Shown here: positions 62,201 through 64,000 of the stretch, piece after piece
Position numbering within the stretch: the first letter of the stretch is position 1
Layout of the letters: every line of letters starts with the position of its first letter
From: Malacoraja senta
Taxonomy: Eukaryota
Assembly (NCBI GenBank): GCA_038087875.1
Contig: CM075987.1
Span: 22,880,001 to 22,944,000, forward strand
Length of the DNA stretch: 64,000 nt
Direction: 5' to 3'
Translations under genes and position numbers: made by a program
The notes under the pieces: model-generated
Database searches by the model: none
The model's input: the letters and a program-made list of their open reading frames with translations, nothing else
What the model was told of the DNA's origin: nothing

Positions 62201-63838
62201 GTGCAGCATGCCATGCGGAGGAGGGGTGAGGCGCAGGCTCCTGTATTGCACAAAGGTACTACCTGACCGAGAAGAGCTGACATCAGACCACGAATGTCTT
62301 CACTTGAACCGCCCCGAGGACCTTGAATTTTGCAATCTCCATCCTTGCCCGCCAAGGTTGGTGAACTGTGTACACTTTAACTTACCTTTTTCTTTGAAGA
62401 CTCTCATTCTCGCTAGGTTATAAATGCAGTGAACAATACAACACGGGAGCAGGCCCTTCAGCCCACTGTATCTGTGCCAACCGTCATCCCATCCTCATTC
62501 CATCTGCCCTTCCATGGTCTCTACCCTTCTACTCCCTGCCTGTCCATATGCTTCTCTAAATGCATTTCAAATGTTACTCCTGTGTTTAGCTTCTGCCACC
62601 TCCCCTTGTAATGCATTCCAAGCACCTACCGCCATTTTGATGTGATAAACCTGACTTCCCAAATCTCCTTCTCCGCTTCCCCTTCTCTCTTTAAACCTAT
62701 GTCCTTGAGTATTTGACATCTCCACCCTGGGGGGGGGGGGGGGAAGATTCTAACCATCTCCCTCTCATGATTTTATATACTTCTATCAGGTCGCCCCTCA
62801 GCTGCAGAGAAAGCTGGGCGGCACGGTGGCGCAGCGGTAGAGTTGCTGCCTTACAGCACCAGAGACCCGTGTTCGATCCTGATTATAGGTGCTGTCTGTA
62901 CGGAGTTTATACGTGTGGGTTTTCTCTGGGTGCTCCGGATTTCCCCCACACTCCAAAGACATATGTAGAGGTTTGTAGGTTAAATGGCTTGGTATAATTG
63001 TAAATTGGCCCTAGTGTGTGTGTGATAGTGTAAGTGTGCGTGGATCGCTGGTCGGCGCGGACTCGGTGGGACAAAGGGCCTGTTTCTGCGCTGTATCTAA
63101 AAAAAAAACAATCCAAATGTGTCCAATCTCTCGTTAAAGCGAATACCCTCCAATCCAGGAAACATCCCGTTGAACCTCTCTCTTCTGCATCCTCTCCAAA
63201 GCCTCCGCATCCTTCCTGCAGCGTAGTGACCAGAAATGCACACAATACTCCAAACCAAAGTTTTACACAGCTGCAGCATGAACTGAGTTGAAGGGAGACT
63301 AAATGTCATTGAGTGAGGAGTTCCACAGGCATTGATTCTAACAGCGATACAACATCCCTGAGCAATCACTGTCCCGTCACAACAAGCAAACCTCAGCCTG
63401 ATACGGAAGCTCCTGGTTAAAAGGAGTCTGGACAGCAATGCTCTCTGATCAAGAGGCTGGTTTCAACTAAGCCCTGCATGATGGACCAGAAATGTAATGT
63501 TACTTTGTGTATCAGAGCGATGGGTTGGTTAAGGGAGTTAGGAGGCACAGGTCTCGAAGTGCAACTATGAGATTCATAGTGAGAGGCAGAGGGCTGGAGT
63601 GGGGACGCTTTTTAAATCTGTGATTCTGGCTGACAGGTGGCAGGTTTCGGAGCCGGGTCGGTGCTCGGTGCTCTGTGGGGCCGGTCTGGCGGAGAGGAGG
63701 GTGATCTGCGTGCAGCTTCACAACGGGACGGATGTGGAGGTGAAGAGAGGCCGCTGCTCGGGACAGGAGGAGCCGATGACACTGGTCCCGTGCGTGGTCA
63801 GCTGCCCCTTTGGTTGGACTCCCCAGAACTGGTCCGAG
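37188..63838 (+). CDS. ADAMTS13: ADAMTS13 (von Willebrand factor-cleaving protease), partial: 16 exons, 2346 nt, from the disintegrin end through TSP1-1, Cys-rich, spacer and distal TSP1 repeats
   Basis: All exons have AG/GT boundaries and join in frame. Motifs [60 protein letters not shown] and [10 protein letters not shown] match recalled human ADAMTS13. The first nine exon sizes (152, 64, 127, 149, 121, 81, 182, 136, 130) match recalled human exons 10-18. Divergent from REXO4, as in human. Confidence 0.96.
38014..38077 (+). CDS. ADAMTS13: ADAMTS13 exon (exon 11 equivalent; [22 protein letters not shown])
   Basis: Acceptor tttttctag, donor gtaagg; 64 nt, phase 2-0. Confidence 0.94.
38301..38865 (+). 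mobile_element. CR1 LINE 3' fragment nested in a minus-strand CR1 (38228-38300 and 38868-39228)
   Basis: [12 protein letters not shown]...TRGHDL...WNELP; the host CR1 tail is split at tgatca. Confidence 0.82.
39588..39914. mobile_element. PIF/Harbinger-like MITE
   Basis: TIR ccctgtcccacggtacgagttcatt / aatgaactcgtaccgtgggacaggg; flanks taa/taa. Confidence 0.73.
40388..40514 (+). CDS. ADAMTS13: ADAMTS13 exon (exon 12 equivalent; Cys-rich, [14 protein letters not shown]...[12 protein letters not shown])
   Basis: Acceptor ctttgtgcag, donor gtaaaa; 127 nt. Confidence 0.94.
41228..41485. repeat. CT-rich polypyrimidine microsatellite
   Basis: (ctct/ccct)n array. Confidence 0.95.
41490..41888 (-). 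mobile_element. CR1 3' fragment
   Basis: [16 protein letters not shown] peptide. Confidence 0.8.
41948..42096 (+). CDS. ADAMTS13: ADAMTS13 exon (exon 13 equivalent; Cys-rich with RGDS)
   Basis: [30 protein letters not shown]...LCVKGNCR; acceptor ttgccag, donor gtaatg; 149 nt. Confidence 0.95.
42662..43352. mobile_element. PIF/Harbinger-like element with an internal 10-bp tandem array (ccttcgatta)n at ~42895-43060
   Basis: TIR agggcctgtcccactatggc / gccatagtgggacaggccct. Confidence 0.72.
43489..43609 (+). CDS. ADAMTS13: ADAMTS13 exon (exon 14 equivalent; [27 protein letters not shown]...)
   Basis: Acceptor ttttgctcgtag, donor gtaact; 121 nt. Confidence 0.95.
44070..44480 (-). mobile_element. 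Rex1-derived 3' fragment (similar at 50410-50800, 48675-48800 and 57100-57480)
   Basis: LPSG...[20 protein letters not shown]. Confidence 0.72.
45628..46145. repeat. 26/28-bp G-rich minisatellite (gtgtgggtcagtgtgggatgggttta)n
   Basis: Directly visible tandem array. Confidence 0.95.
46432..46780 (+). mobile_element. RTE (BovB/Expander-like) 5'-UTR-derived element; reverse copy at ~12720-12885
   Basis: ccttgtcgtggtg...ctggtagggtcacccatggc...ccagac...aagacctcaacgg in both copies, resembling the recalled RTE 5' end. Confidence 0.62.
47120..47200 (+). CDS. ADAMTS13: ADAMTS13 exon (exon 15 equivalent; spacer, [27 protein letters not shown])
   Basis: Acceptor gatttgcag, donor gtaagt; 81 nt. Confidence 0.94.
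47861..48000 (+). mobile_element. ~140-bp short element sharing the RTE-X 3' tail (other copies at 24825-24952 + and 42326-42466 -)
   Basis: Ends in caactttaggctgtgcacgccatacgcaagaagaagaag, matching the tail of the LINE at 681-725; TSD agaggggtgg(g) at 47851 and 48001. Confidence 0.75.
49081..49262 (+). CDS. ADAMTS13: ADAMTS13 exon (exon 16 equivalent; spacer)
   Basis: [12 protein letters not shown]...[17 protein letters not shown]...IEVQ; acceptor tttattgcag, donor gtgagg; 182 nt. Confidence 0.95.
50898..51296. mobile_element. Non-autonomous DNA transposon with 8-bp TSD (hAT- or P-type termini CA...TG)
   Basis: ~33-bp TIR caaagaccctatagcgagcaagatagaccactc; TSD ggcagtac at 50890-50897 and 51297-51304. 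Confidence 0.82.
51501..51636 (+). CDS. ADAMTS13: ADAMTS13 exon (exon 17 equivalent; spacer end plus start of TSP1-2)
   Basis: [19 protein letters not shown]...[14 protein letters not shown]; acceptor tttcctcag, donor gtcaga; 136 nt. Confidence 0.95.
51975..52345 (+). mobile_element. Penelope-like element 3' end (GIY-YIG C-terminus plus pLTR with hammerhead-like core)
   Basis: Peptide [45 protein letters not shown], followed by ctgaagaaaggtctcgacccgaatcgtc. Confidence 0.78.
52913..53042 (+). CDS. ADAMTS13: ADAMTS13 exon (exon 18 equivalent; TSP1-2 second half)
   Basis: [12 protein letters not shown]...[11 protein letters not shown]; acceptor ctgcag, donor gtaagg; 130 nt. Confidence 0.93.
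53146..53446. repeat. Compound VNTR: ctgaccctcactggggtacgggcccca followed by a variable (ca)n
   Basis: About six copies with different CA-run lengths. Confidence 0.93.
53660..53839 (+). CDS. ADAMTS13: ADAMTS13 exon, TSP1-3
   Basis: [24 protein letters not shown]...CNEHGCPAR; acceptor cccacag, donor gtacat; 180 nt, phase 2-2. Confidence 0.93.
53972..54535 (-). mobile_element. Rex1/Babar LINE 3' fragment
   Basis: KTASRIIG...HPSHHIF...[15 protein letters not shown]...[11 protein letters not shown]; tail tgacaataaa. Confidence 0.82.
54689..54893 (+). CDS. ADAMTS13: ADAMTS13 exon, TSP1-4 position (T4/T7-type repeat)
   Basis: [35 protein letters not shown]...[17 protein letters not shown]; acceptor cactgcag, donor gtaaat; 205 nt, phase 2-0. 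Confidence 0.92.
55597..55726 (+). CDS. ADAMTS13: ADAMTS13 exon, linker plus first half of TSP1-5-type repeat
   Basis: VSNQVRKE...[16 protein letters not shown]; acceptor ctatttcag, donor gtgagt; 130 nt, phase 0-1. Confidence 0.92.
57572..57701 (+). CDS. ADAMTS13: ADAMTS13 exon, second half of TSP1-5-type repeat
   Basis: [23 protein letters not shown]...CASKTCPPW; acceptor gttcacag, donor gtaagt; 130 nt, phase 1-2. Confidence 0.92.
57948..58430 (-). mobile_element. CR1 3' fragment
   Basis: RTRGHRF...FTQRV peptide and CR1 tail. Confidence 0.75.
58972..59563. mobile_element. PIF/Harbinger-like element
   Basis: TIR ctgtcccacttaggtgattttttt / aaaaaaatcgcctaagtgggacag. Confidence 0.7.
60500..60725 (+). 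mobile_element. RTE-X-like LINE extreme 3' end
   Basis: [11 protein letters not shown]...[11 protein letters not shown] followed by agaagaagaag. Confidence 0.6.
60955..61134 (+). CDS. ADAMTS13: ADAMTS13 exon, additional TSP1-3-like repeat (no counterpart at this position in human)
   Basis: [24 protein letters not shown]...[21 protein letters not shown]; acceptor ctcttttaaag, donor gtaaca; 180 nt, phase 2-2, six Cys. Confidence 0.9.
62180..62356 (+). CDS. ADAMTS13: ADAMTS13 exon, TSP1-6-type repeat
   Basis: [23 protein letters not shown]...CNLHPCPPR, resembling human WQYK...RRILYC; acceptor tttctgaag, donor gttggt; 177 nt. Confidence 0.92.
62817..63098 (+). mobile_element. HE1/V-SINE-like SINE
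   Basis: ggcacggtggcgcagcggtagagttgctgcc...gttcgatcc. Confidence 0.85.
63637..63838 (+). CDS. ADAMTS13: ADAMTS13 exon, T4/T7-type TSP1 repeat; gene continues beyond the window
   Basis: [35 protein letters not shown]...[16 protein letters not shown]; acceptor ctgacag, donor gttagt; 202 nt, phase 2-0. Confidence 0.92.
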
Positions 63839-64000
63839 GTTAGTGGCCTTGCCTGGGGAGAGGGTGGGCACGATAACAACATGGGAACACGGCGGGGGCA
63901 TTCTACGTGCTTGATATCTCATCAAAGTAATGTGGTGAATATCTGAAGTCACAGCGTATATCCTTGGAGTAATATCACTTATTCCTAGCATTTATCATTT

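Noticed and set aside
62817..62890. tRNA genes (A/B boxes at many sites)
   Set aside because: All continue into the SINE core and tail, and no complete cloverleaf is evident. They are SINE heads.
37188..63838. Calling the gene ADAMTSL or papilin-like because no protease domain is visible
   Set aside because: ADAMTS13-specific motifs, exon sizes and REXO4 synteny all fit ADAMTS13. The first exon includes the disintegrin end and lies 1.9 kb after an assembly gap.

Overview
This is vertebrate genomic DNA, most likely from a cartilaginous fish (skate or ray), inferred from its repeats: HE1/V-SINE-like, DeuSINE-like, CR1, Rex1 and Penelope-like elements. Splicing by hand through canonical GT-AG sites recovers three protein-coding genes in the same order and orientation as human 9q34. 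(1) The last 8 exons of STKLD1 (+, 2342-17171; armadillo-like C-terminal half). (2) A complete 8-coding-exon REXO4 (-, 28438-18914; 414 aa, intact DEDDh exonuclease). (3) Sixteen exons of ADAMTS13 (+, 37188-63838, open at both ends), running from the end of the disintegrin domain through TSP1-1, the Cys-rich (RGDS) and spacer domains, into the distal TSP1 array. The ADAMTS13 signal, pro and metalloprotease exons are not visible; they probably lie in the 200-N gap (35083-35282) next to a ~5-kb C-rich minisatellite. The main observation is that the distal TSP1 array has at least one more repeat than human, a TSP1-3-like exon duplicate at 60955-61134. The introns are dense with transposable elements: palindromic Penelope-derived elements with hammerhead-like cores and TSDs, Harbinger-like MITEs, hAT and Tigger MITEs, nested L1s, an RTE-X LINE with a short partner element, and many SINEs. 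Gene and family names come from recalled homology, not database searches. TE boundaries are approximate unless a TSD is quoted.
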